Source of the DNA: a virus
DNA length: 64,000 bases
Reading direction: 5' to 3' (one strand)
Virus record (IMG/VR): IMGVR_UViG_3300017917_000332
Span: 10,453 to 74,452 of that record
Shown here: one piece after another, positions 27,019-36,410 of the stretch
Position numbering within the stretch: the first letter of the stretch is position 1
How the letters are laid out: every line of letters starts with the position of its first letter
Notes under the pieces: generated by a model
Told to the model about the DNA's origin: nothing
Seen by the model: the letters and a program-made list of their open reading frames with translations, nothing else
Database searches by the model: none
Position numbers and translations under genes: made by a program

Positions 27019-28338
27019 ATGACAACTCCATGGGAAGTTATCAAACAGTTAGAAGCAGATTCTAGCCGTCTAAACAAAGAAGCAATTATCTTTGACCAAG
27101 CAAGAGAAGGCAACGAAGAATTCTTCCAAGGGTGCAGACTAGCACTTGATACCCTAATTACTTTTGGTCTTAAACAAATTCCGGAGAAAACAAATGAAGA
27201 TGGCCCTGGCTTACCTTGGGATGGTTTTAATAGCGTTGTTCAACGTCTATGTAATCGTGACATCACAGGTAACAATGCCCGTTCCGCTGTTGATGCGATG
27301 ATGAACACTGCCACTAAGGCACAGTGGAATGATTGGTATCGTCGTATCCTTATCAAAGATCTACGTTGCGGTACTAGCGAAAAGACCGTTAACAAAGTTG
27401 TAGAAAAAGAATGGCCCGAATATGCAGTTCCTGTTTTTAGTTGCCAGCTTGCTCATGATAGTTCTAATCATGAGGGAAAGGTTTCAGGCAAGAAATATAT
27501 CGAAGTCAAGCTCGATGGCGTTCGAGTTCTTACTATTGTTCGTACAGATGGTCGCGTTGATCAATTTAGTCGCAATGGTAAAGAGCTGGTAAACTTTGAA
27601 CATATCACTAAACAGATCAGTGAAGTTGTAAAAAAAGATCCACCTAAGTATGACCTTGTGTTAGATGGCGAGGTTATGTCTAGCTCATTCCAGGATCTTA
27701 TGAAGCAGGTACATCGTAAGTCAGATGTCGAAGCTAATGACGCTGTCCTACATCTGTTCGACATGTGTCCACTAGACAAGTTTCAAGAAGGTCGTTGGGA
27801 TAAGGATCAAGAAACTCGTAGTCTTTATGTCTACGAATGGCATAAGAAACACAAAGCTGATCTGCCTAATGTTCGTGTCGTTGGACACGAACTTGTAGAC
27901 CTTGCTACCGACGAAGGCAAAAAACGTTTCAAAGAAATTAATCAGTTTGCCATCGACGGTGGCTTCGAAGGTATTATGATCAAGGATCCGAAGGCTCCTT
28001 ATGAATGTAAGCGTACTGCTAGCTGGCTCAAACTCAAACCATTTATCGAAGTAAGTTTGACTGTTGTTGCTGTTGAAGAAGGAACTGGTCGTAACGTAGG
28101 TAAACTTGGTGCATTAGTCTGTGAGGGTGTAGATGACGGAAAAGCAATTCGTGTTAACGTGGGGTCTGGGTTTTCTGATTCCGATCGTGATTCTTTTTGG
28201 AATAGTCGTGAAACCATTGTTGGGCAAGTTGTGGAAGTCCGTGCTGACGCTATCACACAAAACCAGGATGGAAGTTACTCTTTACGCTTTCCGCGCTTCC
28301 TACATTTTAGAGGGTTTGACAATGGCGAGAAAATATGA
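27019..28338 (+). CDS. ATP-dependent DNA ligase
   Basis: EVKLDGVR (motif I), LDGE, FEGIMIK, WLKLK, VGSGFS, SLRFPRF. Confidence 0.96.
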   Translation: MTTPWEVIKQLEADSSRLNKEAIIFDQAREGNEEFFQGCRLALDTLITFGLKQIPEKTNEDGPGLPWDGFNSVVQRLCNRDITGNNARSAVDAMMNTATKAQWNDWYRRILIKDLRCGTSEKTVNKVVEKEWPEYAVPVFSCQLAHDSSNHEGKVSGKKYIEVKLDGVRVLTIVRTDGRVDQFSRNGKELVNFEHITKQISEVVKKDPPKYDLVLDGEVMSSSFQDLMKQVHRKSDVEANDAVLHLFDMCPLDKFQEGRWDKDQETRSLYVYEWHKKHKADLPNVRVVGHELVDLATDEGKKRFKEINQFAIDGGFEGIMIKDPKAPYECKRTASWLKLKPFIEVSLTVVAVEEGTGRNVGKLGALVCEGVDDGKAIRVNVGSGFSDSDRDSFWNSRETIVGQVVEVRADAITQNQDGSYSLRFPRFLHFRGFDNGEKI

Positions 28339-28570
28339 TATCAGACGAAGTATGCATAAGGACATGTTATACGGTTCGTTACTCGAACTAAGTAAAAATT
28401 CAAGAGTTTGGCACGAAAGCTCTGTAAGTCCTGAGTACAGTCACTTGACCGAGGAAGGCAAAGATGCTATTATACATGTAGTTGAAGAACTGTTCCGAGG
28501 GCTCCAAACTATACATAAACAAGAAGTCAACGAAGAAGCCAAACGTCAAACTCTAGAGTCTTTAAAATGA
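28322..28570 (+). CDS. hypothetical protein
   Basis: Probable start MARKYD at 28322; the longer ORF-track call overlaps the ligase. Confidence 0.65.
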   Translation: MARKYDIRRSMHKDMLYGSLLELSKNSRVWHESSVSPEYSHLTEEGKDAIIHVVEELFRGLQTIHKQEVNEEAKRQTLESLK

Positions 28571-28806
28571 TTGAGTTTACTAATCATATGAAAAAGAATG
28601 ACATAAAAGCTATTCGTCAGGGCGATGATAACTTCATGCTGTCTGACGGATTGGTTATGTACCCTAGGGCAATGATTCATATCTTGCCCGAGTGTCCTGC
28701 AAACATACGACATTATATCCAATGGGCTGTTGCAGAAGGATACCTAAAGACAGTTGCACATGTTCAAGGAAAAGAATTAACTTGGGAAAAATTAACAAAT
28801 GACTAA
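28567..28806 (+). CDS. hypothetical protein
   Basis: ATGA-coupled ORF. Confidence 0.65.
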   Translation: MIEFTNHMKKNDIKAIRQGDDNFMLSDGLVMYPRAMIHILPECPANIRHYIQWAVAEGYLKTVAHVQGKELTWEKLTND

Positions 28807-29170
28807 TCCGTTTCGTGATCAAGAAAAATTTATGCGGGCTTGCGATCAAACCGTAGGCGAATACAACGAAGCACAGTATAAACTATACCTCGACCTTATG
28901 GAAGAGGAATGGAAAGAACTAAGAGTAGCACTAGACAGCGGTGATCGTGTAGAGCAGTTAGACGCCTTACTTGACTTTATTGTTGTTACGACAGGTGCTA
29001 TTCACAGTGCCGGTTTCAACGGCGAAGGCGGTTGGAAAGAAGTTATGAGTACTAACTTTGCTAAGATTGATAAAGAAACTGGCAAGGTTCGTAAGCGTGA
29101 AGATGGCAAGGTTTTAAAACCTATAGGCTGGGTTCCTCCAGACCTCAAACCTTTTATTAACAAGGAGTAA
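28799..29170 (+). CDS. MazG-like all-alpha NTP pyrophosphohydrolase
   Basis: EEEWKEL..EQLDALLD..NFAK..REDGKVLKP.GW.PP. Confidence 0.85.
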   Translation: MTNPFRDQEKFMRACDQTVGEYNEAQYKLYLDLMEEEWKELRVALDSGDRVEQLDALLDFIVVTTGAIHSAGFNGEGGWKEVMSTNFAKIDKETGKVRKREDGKVLKPIGWVPPDLKPFINKE

Positions 29171-29173
29171 TAT

Positions 29174-29866
29174 ATGTTTGGTACAAGTTATTCAGGCGGT
29201 ATGTCAACATATCGCTCAGCAACACAGATTAATAGTGCAATGGCACGTGTCTATGGACACATGGGCCTAGCAGTTATTACATCTATGATTGTTAGTTTTC
29301 TAGTAGGAAACAGTGCCGCACTAATGGCATTTTTCTTTACTGGCATTATGAAGTGGATTGTAATTTTTGCACCGCTAGTAGCTATCCTAGCTGTTAGCTT
29401 TGCAATGGATAAGTTTAGCAAAAGTGCGCTAACCATTTTCCTACACGGCTTTGCCGCACTAATGGGATTGAGCTTTGCTACAATCTTTGTAGTCTATAAC
29501 CTAGGTAGCATTGTATCAGCGTTTATGGCTGCGGCTGTATTGTTTGGTGTCATGAGTTTCTACGGTTATTTTACTAAAAAGAACTTAGACTCTTTTGGAT
29601 CATTTTTGCTTGTAGGGCTAATTGCAATCATTATCGCTAGCATCATTAATATCTTTATTGGTAGCACAGTATTCCAGATGGTAATTAGTGCTATTGCAGT
29701 ACTTGTGTTCTTAGGTCTAACTGCCTACGATACGCAAAAGATTCGTGAAATGGTCAGCTACGATAACGATGGCAAGGCAGAAATTATGGGCGCACTAAGC
29801 CTATACCTAGACTTTATTAACCTGTTCCTATCATTGCTACAACTATTTGGCGGACGTAAGGATTAA
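29174..29866 (+). CDS. Bax inhibitor-1/YccA family membrane protein
   Basis: 7 TM segments; TAYDTQKI; ALSLYLDFINLFLSLL. Confidence 0.93.
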   Translation: MFGTSYSGGMSTYRSATQINSAMARVYGHMGLAVITSMIVSFLVGNSAALMAFFFTGIMKWIVIFAPLVAILAVSFAMDKFSKSALTIFLHGFAALMGLSFATIFVVYNLGSIVSAFMAAAVLFGVMSFYGYFTKKNLDSFGSFLLVGLIAIIIASIINIFIGSTVFQMVISAIAVLVFLGLTAYDTQKIREMVSYDNDGKAEIMGALSLYLDFINLFLSLLQLFGGRKD

Positions 29867-29868
29867 AA

Positions 29869-30708
29869 ATGCGTAACCACTACTGGACATGTTCAAAATT
29901 TGCCGACTGGCTTCGCGGTACTACCAAACTAAAAATGGGTACTGCGGAGCAGTGGGATGAATGGGAAAGTCGTGCAAAACGTGACTACCCTGTCCGGTGG
30001 TGGCTTGCAGAAGAAGGCCTTGATTACCTTCAAAAGATCGTTTTCTTTATTCCGGATAAGTTATATGCTATTAAGTACTATATCAACAATCGTTGGGTCA
30101 CTAGCACTCATTGCCTTACTGCACACCCTCGAGACATCAAGCGTGGGCAATGGCAAGATGTTGGCAACAGGTTTCTTCCTTGTCTTTTTAACGAGCTTGT
30201 TGATTTTGTGGAAGTAGAATTAGCATGGTGGCATATTGCATGGGCAGACAAAGATGAAAAGAACAAATATAAAGCACCGTTCTGGGCGACAGGTTGGTTC
30301 CGTTGGAGAACTTGGCGCTGTCCACAAGCTGGACTTGACAACTTGGAGTGGCAACGCAATCTACGTTGGAAAGCTGATGAAGTCGGAGATGATAGCCCAG
30401 ACATTGGCAAGCCAACTCCGCAAGCCATTAAAGCACAAGAAATCTTAGACTTGTACAAGTGGTGGACTGAAACATATCGTAATCGTCCAGATCCGCATGA
30501 TGCTAGTGGGTGGAGTGCTTACTGTGAAGCAAGTCGAGAAGCTAATGGTGGCAAACTCAGCTGGAATGGACATAAAGACAATCCAGAACTTAAAAAGATG
30601 AGCAACAAGGCACACAAACTACTTCGTAAGATTGAGGCGGCTTATGAGAAAGAAGATGAAGAAATGATGATTCGTCTTATCAAGGTTCGCCACGGGCTAT
30701 GGACATAG
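29869..30708 (+). CDS. hypothetical Trp-rich phage protein
   Basis: Long ORF in operon. Confidence 0.7.
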   Translation: MRNHYWTCSKFADWLRGTTKLKMGTAEQWDEWESRAKRDYPVRWWLAEEGLDYLQKIVFFIPDKLYAIKYYINNRWVTSTHCLTAHPRDIKRGQWQDVGNRFLPCLFNELVDFVEVELAWWHIAWADKDEKNKYKAPFWATGWFRWRTWRCPQAGLDNLEWQRNLRWKADEVGDDSPDIGKPTPQAIKAQEILDLYKWWTETYRNRPDPHDASGWSAYCEASREANGGKLSWNGHKDNPELKKMSNKAHKLLRKIEAAYEKEDEEMMIRLIKVRHGLWT

Positions 30709-30932
30709 AAGTACGAGAAGGCAATTATAGATGGCTAGCAGAGGTTTGGAGTGATGATGATTCCGAACCTCTTGTTGCAGAAGGCTTTAAAGAACCCTAT
30801 CCTGAAGAAACATACCAGGAAATAAATCAATGGTGCATCGATAATTTAGGGTATCATGCAAGAACTTCGTACCATGTCTTTGAATTCAAAAAGCGTTCGG
30901 ACTTAGACTGGTTTTTACTCCGTTGGTCATAA
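30699..30932 (+). CDS. hypothetical protein
   Basis: WC...F.FK...D..WFLLRW C-terminal pattern. Confidence 0.65.
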   Translation: MDIEVREGNYRWLAEVWSDDDSEPLVAEGFKEPYPEETYQEINQWCIDNLGYHARTSYHVFEFKKRSDLDWFLLRWS

Positions 30933-30940
30933 TTAGTAAT

Positions 30941-32311
30941 ATGAACGAAAAAACCATATGGCTTAAAGAAGCCAAAACTGTATTAGATAGAACTGGCCCA
31001 GGTATGTGCCTTGCAAAATGGTTGCAGGTAACACTACACTTGCAAAATGGCCATACTCACAGTTGCCACCATCCCAACACCCACAAAATACCTTTAGAAG
31101 AAATACAAGCAGATCCCAGTGCTTTACATAATACTTCGTTTAAAAAAGAACAACGCAAACTAATGATGACTGGACAGCGTCCAGACGAGTGCCATTACTG
31201 CTGGAATATTGAAGACAATGTGCCGGCAGGCGCAGATGTTTTTAGTGATAGAATCTACAAGAGCACTGAAGATTGGGCAGGTGAAAAGCATTACTTTGAT
31301 GTAATGATTAAAGGTTGGGAACAGAATATTAATCCAACATACCTTGAAGTTAGTTTTAGTCACGCATGTAATTTTAAGTGTGCCTATTGTAGTCCTCACA
31401 TTAGCAGTAAGTGGATGGAAGAAATTGAACAGCACGGCGAGTATCCAACTAGTTTCAAATACAACAGTCTAGAACATACCAAGTACCAAAACAAAATGCC
31501 AATTCCATTAAAGGAAGACAATCCGTATGTAGAAGCATTTTGGAAATGGTGGCCTAGTGTTTATCCAAACCTGCATACATTCCGTATCACCGGCGGCGAA
31601 CCATTAATGAGTAAAGATACTTTTAAAGTTCTTGACTATATCATTGAAAATCCTAATCCTAAACTAGAACTTGCCATCAACAGTAATTGCGTACTTCCAG
31701 ATAAACTATTTGACAAGTTTCTTGAAAAGATTAAAGTTATTCAAGAAAATAACCTAGTAAAAAAATTCACTCTGTTTACTAGTGCAGAAGCATATGGTAA
31801 TAAAGCAGAATATATTCGTAACGGAATGAATTATGAAACTTGGTTATCTAACTGTCATAAATTTTTAGAAACTATCCCTAACGCACATTTTAGTATAATG
31901 AGTACGTATAATGCTTTATCGATTACTTCTTATACAGAATTTCTAAAAGATGTTTTAATTTTAAAATTGAAACATTATAATACATCAAGAGGTATTACAT
32001 TAGATATTCCATATCTAGATAATCCAAAATGGATGAGTGTGAGAATATTACCAACCGAGTACGTTCCAATGTTGCTCAAACAAGTTCAATTTATGAAAGA
32101 TAATAACTGCGAGGGCAAAGGATTCCAAAGTTGGGAAATTGAAAAGTTGGATAGAATCCAATATCTAATGAAAGAAGATCCAGAACAAAATTGGCTTAAG
32201 GATTTTTGGATATTCTTTGACGAACACGATCGTAGAAGGAATACTAGCTTTTTGGACACATTCCCAGAGCTAGCCAAATTTTATAACGACTGTAAAAAAT
32301 TGAGCAGTTGA
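30941..32311 (+). CDS. radical SAM protein with N-terminal twitch-like domain
   Basis: MCLAKW..HSCHHP..CHYC; CNFKCAYC; TGGEP; D.RR.T.F..TFPEL tail; start ATG 30941. Confidence 0.92.
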   Translation: MNEKTIWLKEAKTVLDRTGPGMCLAKWLQVTLHLQNGHTHSCHHPNTHKIPLEEIQADPSALHNTSFKKEQRKLMMTGQRPDECHYCWNIEDNVPAGADVFSDRIYKSTEDWAGEKHYFDVMIKGWEQNINPTYLEVSFSHACNFKCAYCSPHISSKWMEEIEQHGEYPTSFKYNSLEHTKYQNKMPIPLKEDNPYVEAFWKWWPSVYPNLHTFRITGGEPLMSKDTFKVLDYIIENPNPKLELAINSNCVLPDKLFDKFLEKIKVIQENNLVKKFTLFTSAEAYGNKAEYIRNGMNYETWLSNCHKFLETIPNAHFSIMSTYNALSITSYTEFLKDVLILKLKHYNTSRGITLDIPYLDNPKWMSVRILPTEYVPMLLKQVQFMKDNNCEGKGFQSWEIEKLDRIQYLMKEDPEQNWLKDFWIFFDEHDRRRNTSFLDTFPELAKFYNDCKKLSS

Positions 32312-32336
32312 CAATCCAATCAGTTGGTGCTATAAT
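32308..32336 (+). promoter_or_regulatory. consensus sigma70 promoter with extended -10
   Basis: TTGACA-17-TATAAT with TG at -15/-14. Confidence 0.9.
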
Positions 32337-32368
32337 ATACATATTGTTAAACATTAGGAGTGATTCAA

Positions 32369-33571
32369 ATGGCAAAGACCGCAACTAAAACTCGTGTTAC
32401 CAAAAAGCAAGTTATTGCCCATCGTACTCGTGCTACGAAGGATACTAGCCCTGTTTGGGACGGTTGCGAATCTTGGACTGGTGATGAGTTTCATCGTCAC
32501 TTTCGTCGTGCTATGGACTACTACCGTCTTGAGTCCGATATTAAAAGTTACAAGCCGTTTGTAATTAAATGGATGGAAACTCAAAAAGCCGCTAAGGGAG
32601 ATATTGCGGCTGTTAAAAAAGTCAAAGACAATCGTATTAGCACCACTATGGGTGCTATTGCTCACTGCCTATTGCGTGGTATGCAACCTCAACGTGCTGA
32701 TTTTAACAACGGCAAGGACACTGCGGCTTGGCTTCGCAATGAAATTGTTCAAGTAATCAATGCAGGCAAGGATGACGTTGATCCAGAAATTGCAGCCGCT
32801 GAAAAAGAAGCCGCAAAGACAGATGTGTATGTTCCCAGCATCCAAGAACGTGTTCGTGATGCGGCTTATGCTATGACTGAAGAACTGGAAGATGCTTATC
32901 ACAGTTTTCAAACTGATCCAGAGAACTTTGATCCCAAAGCGTTCAAGGTGTTGAGCCTGTTGCGTGGCAAAGGTGTTAAAGCCGCACATGCTCGTATTAT
33001 CAAGGACTTTTATGCCCGCGATTTGGCAGAGCTAAACGAATTGGCTAGTGGCAAAGCCGACGATCAACTTCGTGAAGGTTACAGCCATCGTAGCCGCAAA
33101 CAGATTAAGAACTTTATTGCGTTCTTGCAAGAAATTGAATCAGCTTGCAAAATGCTTATGGAAGAAGCCAAAGTTAACAAGAAGCCACGTGCTAAAAAGG
33201 CTGTTCCTGCAGAAAAGATTGTTGCTAAACTCAAGTACCTCAAAGTATTTGAACAGCTCAAACTAGTTAGTATCAATCCTGTAGATATCCTTCGTGCTAA
33301 GGAACTGTGGATCTACAACACTAAAACACGCAAACTAGGCAAGTATGTTGCTGGCGAGTTTAGCGAATTAGGTGTTAAAGGCACTACAATTACTGGGTTT
33401 GATGAGAACGCTAGTATCCAGAAAACTCTGCGTAAACCGGAAGAAAAACTCAAAGAATTTAAGAGTGCAGGCAAGGTTGCACTACGCAAATTCCTAGAAG
33501 ATATCAACGCTGTTGATACTAAAATGAATGGTCGTATCAACGAAGACACTATCTTGCTCAAAGTAGCGTAA
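32369..33571 (+). CDS. hypothetical basic phage protein
   Basis: Strong promoter and AGGAG Shine-Dalgarno; long ORF; followed by a terminator. Confidence 0.75.
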   Translation: MAKTATKTRVTKKQVIAHRTRATKDTSPVWDGCESWTGDEFHRHFRRAMDYYRLESDIKSYKPFVIKWMETQKAAKGDIAAVKKVKDNRISTTMGAIAHCLLRGMQPQRADFNNGKDTAAWLRNEIVQVINAGKDDVDPEIAAAEKEAAKTDVYVPSIQERVRDAAYAMTEELEDAYHSFQTDPENFDPKAFKVLSLLRGKGVKAAHARIIKDFYARDLAELNELASGKADDQLREGYSHRSRKQIKNFIAFLQEIESACKMLMEEAKVNKKPRAKKAVPAEKIVAKLKYLKVFEQLKLVSINPVDILRAKELWIYNTKTRKLGKYVAGEFSELGVKGTTITGFDENASIQKTLRKPEEKLKEFKSAGKVALRKFLEDINAVDTKMNGRINEDTILLKVA

Positions 33572-33572
33572 C

Positions 33573-33602
33573 AAAATAGGGCCCTAAGGCCCTATTTTTT
33601 TG
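33573..33602 (+). terminator. intrinsic terminator
   Basis: AAAATAGGGCC-CTAA-GGCCCTATTTT stem followed by a T run. Confidence 0.9.
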
Positions 33603-33651
33603 GCTTTAGGATACTCGTTATCTAAGATAAATACTGGACGAGAGACCTATT

Positions 33652-35142
33652 ATGAGCCAAATTTTTACAATCGAAAACGACAAAATCGTAATCAAAAAGC
33701 TGTTATTAGAAGAGCTTCAAGGGAACATTGTTCACCATGGTGAACTAAGCCTAAGTGGCCCTGTTGAAGTTACTGGCGAGTTAACAGTTGATACACTCAA
33801 AGTTAAAAACCTTATTACCGAGTCTTCAATAAAGAATGCTACGTTTGGCGAATGGGCAGTCATTGAAGAAGCAGACCTTTTAGGTAAAGGTTTAAGTTGG
33901 ACTTGGGGTAAAGGTCATGTAAGTTTAGGTTATAGACCCGGGGGTCGTTTAGGCGTTAACGGTGATGTAGATCTCGATGCAGGTAAATCATATCAAATTA
34001 ACGGTGTTACTGTCCTTTCGGAAACAGAGCTTGCTCCGCAAGTTACTAAGAGTAGATTAAAGGAACTTGGCCCTCTAAAAGGCCTAAGAGTAACCGGAGA
34101 CGCACTCGTTGGTGAATTTGCATATTTCAATAGCAATACACAACGCTTAGGTATCGGAACAGACGAGCCTAATGGTAATCTTAGTGTTGCCCAGGGTGAC
34201 TTAGAAGCAATTATCAGTTTTAATAAAGATGGTATAGTAGAAATTGGTTCCTATACTAACACTGATGTGTCGATTGTAACTGATAACACCTCAAGGGTAA
34301 CATTTAAGAAAACAGGCGAAACAGTATTTGGTAACGAAGTAACAAAAAACGCAGATGTAAGAATTTACGGTACACTAACTGTTGACACTGTAGTTACTGA
34401 CAATAGAATTGATCGTTATCAACCTTTAGAGTTTAAAACATCTAGAGAGCGCGGTATATACGGACAGGGTTTAATTTGGACTGGCACTGGCAATATGCGT
34501 CAATTAATTATGATGGCTAATCCAGACAGACTGTGGACTACAGAAAATCTTGACCTTGCCGCTGACCGCAGTTACTATATTAACGGAGAGCCTGTATTAT
34601 CTTCAGTAGGTTTAGGTAGTTCCGTTACACAGTCAAATCTATCAAAATTAGGTACGCTAGAAAGCCTAACAGTAGCTGGCGAAGCTACTTTTATGGAACG
34701 TGTTAATGCTAGCCGTACAGTTATTAACGCAAAAGTTATTGAGTTTAATGATGGTTCTGACTTTGTTATTTCAAATTCAAAACTCCATGCTAGCGACAAG
34801 ATGAGTTTCTCTGTAAGAGGAGACGAAGTCTACTACGCAGACTTAAACGAAATCGCAGTCGGTAACAAACAAAATCCTAATAGACCAGTAAAGGTATTTG
34901 GCCAATTAACTGTCGGTGTTAACAATCCAGATCCAGATATTAGTCTTGCAGTCAAGGGAAATATCAGCTTTGCTGATAAAAAGTTCTTAACAGGGTCATC
35001 TGCGCCTGCACAAGGTTCATTCTCTAAAGGAGATGTTTGCTGGAACAATAATCCTGCACCAGACAACTACATTGGTTGGGTTTGTGTTGAAACAGGTTCA
35101 CCGGGTCGTTGGCTACCATTTGGTTCTATCGCTAGACAATAA
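33652..35142 (+). CDS. virion structural/tail-fibre-like protein
   Basis: Duplicated Y.ING..VLS...L...VT.S.L..LG.L..L.V.G repeat; C-terminal GDVCWN..P...GWVC...G.W.PFG; TAAATA upstream. Confidence 0.7.
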   Translation: MSQIFTIENDKIVIKKLLLEELQGNIVHHGELSLSGPVEVTGELTVDTLKVKNLITESSIKNATFGEWAVIEEADLLGKGLSWTWGKGHVSLGYRPGGRLGVNGDVDLDAGKSYQINGVTVLSETELAPQVTKSRLKELGPLKGLRVTGDALVGEFAYFNSNTQRLGIGTDEPNGNLSVAQGDLEAIISFNKDGIVEIGSYTNTDVSIVTDNTSRVTFKKTGETVFGNEVTKNADVRIYGTLTVDTVVTDNRIDRYQPLEFKTSRERGIYGQGLIWTGTGNMRQLIMMANPDRLWTTENLDLAADRSYYINGEPVLSSVGLGSSVTQSNLSKLGTLESLTVAGEATFMERVNASRTVINAKVIEFNDGSDFVISNSKLHASDKMSFSVRGDEVYYADLNEIAVGNKQNPNRPVKVFGQLTVGVNNPDPDISLAVKGNISFADKKFLTGSSAPAQGSFSKGDVCWNNNPAPDNYIGWVCVETGSPGRWLPFGSIARQ

Positions 35143-35202
35143 TCTGTACTTTTTATAGATTTTGCGACGCCTATAAATATTTGTCACAAGGCAAATACTA
35201 TT

Positions 35203-35532
35203 ATGGGCAAAATTACAGAACAACTACATAAACAAATCAAAGGCTGGAGAGTTTATTCGGTTATAGCACCGGCAATATTCACAGCCGCATCAGCGTGGCT
35301 ATACCTTCATTATGGTACACCGTTCGAAACTATTTTTTACACAGGCTTAATCGTTTTATCAGTTACTTGTATCAGTTGGTGGCATTGGAGTCTATCAACT
35401 ATGGTTACTATGTTAGCCATTATGAAAGACACAGACGACCACTTTGAAGGCGTCCAACAAGAACTAAAACGACTAAGAGAAAATATGAAACCGGACTTAC
35501 GTGTAGTCAAATCTATTGACATTAACAAATAA
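35203..35532 (+). CDS. two-TM membrane protein with coiled-coil tail (holin-like candidate)
   Basis: Two hydrophobic helices; TATAAATA upstream. Confidence 0.5.
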   Translation: MGKITEQLHKQIKGWRVYSVIAPAIFTAASAWLYLHYGTPFETIFYTGLIVLSVTCISWWHWSLSTMVTMLAIMKDTDDHFEGVQQELKRLRENMKPDLRVVKSIDINK

Positions 35533-35543
35533 ATTAGTATAAT
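35516..35543 (+). promoter_or_regulatory. sigma70 promoter of queD
   Basis: TTGACA 35516-35521, 16-nt spacer, TATAAT 35538-35543. Confidence 0.8.
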
Positions 35544-35549
35544 TATAGT

Positions 35550-35627
35550 ATGCGGTCTTAGACGCTCAACCCGCATTATAAATTCTGCGTGTCATCAAAC
35601 TTGCTACTTTTATAAAGGAGAGAAGAG
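35550..35627 (+). promoter_or_regulatory. structured 5' leader of queD (candidate pseudoknot/riboswitch)
   Basis: Stem ATGCGG/CCGCAT at the predicted TSS; loop ACGC complementary to GCGT 35587-35590. Confidence 0.45.
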
Positions 35628-36155
35628 ATGGCAAAATATCTTTCAACAAAAACTTACGGTAACGATAGAGGTCTATCTTGCTGTTTTAGACAATGGCGCA
35701 GTACCCATAGCCATTGCTCACTACTACACGGATACTCAATTGGTATAAAATTAATTTTTGAATCCGAAACACTAGACGATCGTAATTGGGTTATGGACTT
35801 TGGCGGTTTAAAAGAGTTCAAAGAGTGGGCCGAATATATGTTCGACCATACTACTGTAATTGCACAAGACGATCCAATGTTAGATAGATTTAAAGAAATG
35901 TCTGGATGGAGTAGCAATCCAGAACATGACGGTAATCCAGACCGTGTTCAAACTGAACCATATCGACGTAATGGTGTTTGCGACCTACGTATTGTAGAAG
36001 GTGTAGGTTGCGAACTATTTGCTAAAATGTGCTACGAAAAAATGGATTGGTTATTGAAGAACGGCAACCATCGATACCCTATCAACTCTACAGTACGCAT
36101 TAAGAGTGCAGAAGTGTTTGAACATGCGGGGAACTCAGCAATCTACGAAGTATGA
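35628..36155 (+). CDS. queD: 6-carboxy-5,6,7,8-tetrahydropterin synthase / 6-pyruvoyl-H4pterin synthase
   Basis: HCSLLHGYS, WVMDFG, FDH, GCELFA, EVFEH..NSAIY. Confidence 0.85.
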   Translation: MAKYLSTKTYGNDRGLSCCFRQWRSTHSHCSLLHGYSIGIKLIFESETLDDRNWVMDFGGLKEFKEWAEYMFDHTTVIAQDDPMLDRFKEMSGWSSNPEHDGNPDRVQTEPYRRNGVCDLRIVEGVGCELFAKMCYEKMDWLLKNGNHRYPINSTVRIKSAEVFEHAGNSAIYEV

Positions 36156-36343
36156 ACAGTTTTGAAAAAATCTGGGCCAGGGCTACTGGCCACTTAATGG
36201 GCAATACTGATGAGGATCGTCCAGATGTACCGATTCTAACTTTGCGAGAAGCAAGAATCGCTTTGTTTTTAAAAACTTTTTGGGTTGTAATCCACGTAGT
36301 CACTTGTTGTTTTATTATCGCTAACACTATTAGACATTGGTAA
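36152..36343 (+). CDS. small membrane protein
   Basis: ATGA overlap; C-terminal TM ending IANTIRHW. Confidence 0.7.
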   Translation: MNSFEKIWARATGHLMGNTDEDRPDVPILTLREARIALFLKTFWVVIHVVTCCFIIANTIRHW

Positions 36344-36351
36344 AGCAAACA

Positions 36352-36397
36352 TTGACTTTCTAAGGACATAATGCTATAATGTATTATGTCCTTTTTT
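36352..36397 (+). promoter_or_regulatory. sigma70 promoter overlapped by a terminator-like inverted repeat
   Basis: TTGACT-17-TATAAT (36375-36380) with TG; AAGGACATAAT/ATTATGTCCTT stem followed by a T run. Confidence 0.8.
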
Positions 36398-36410
36398 ATT
36401 ACTCACACAC

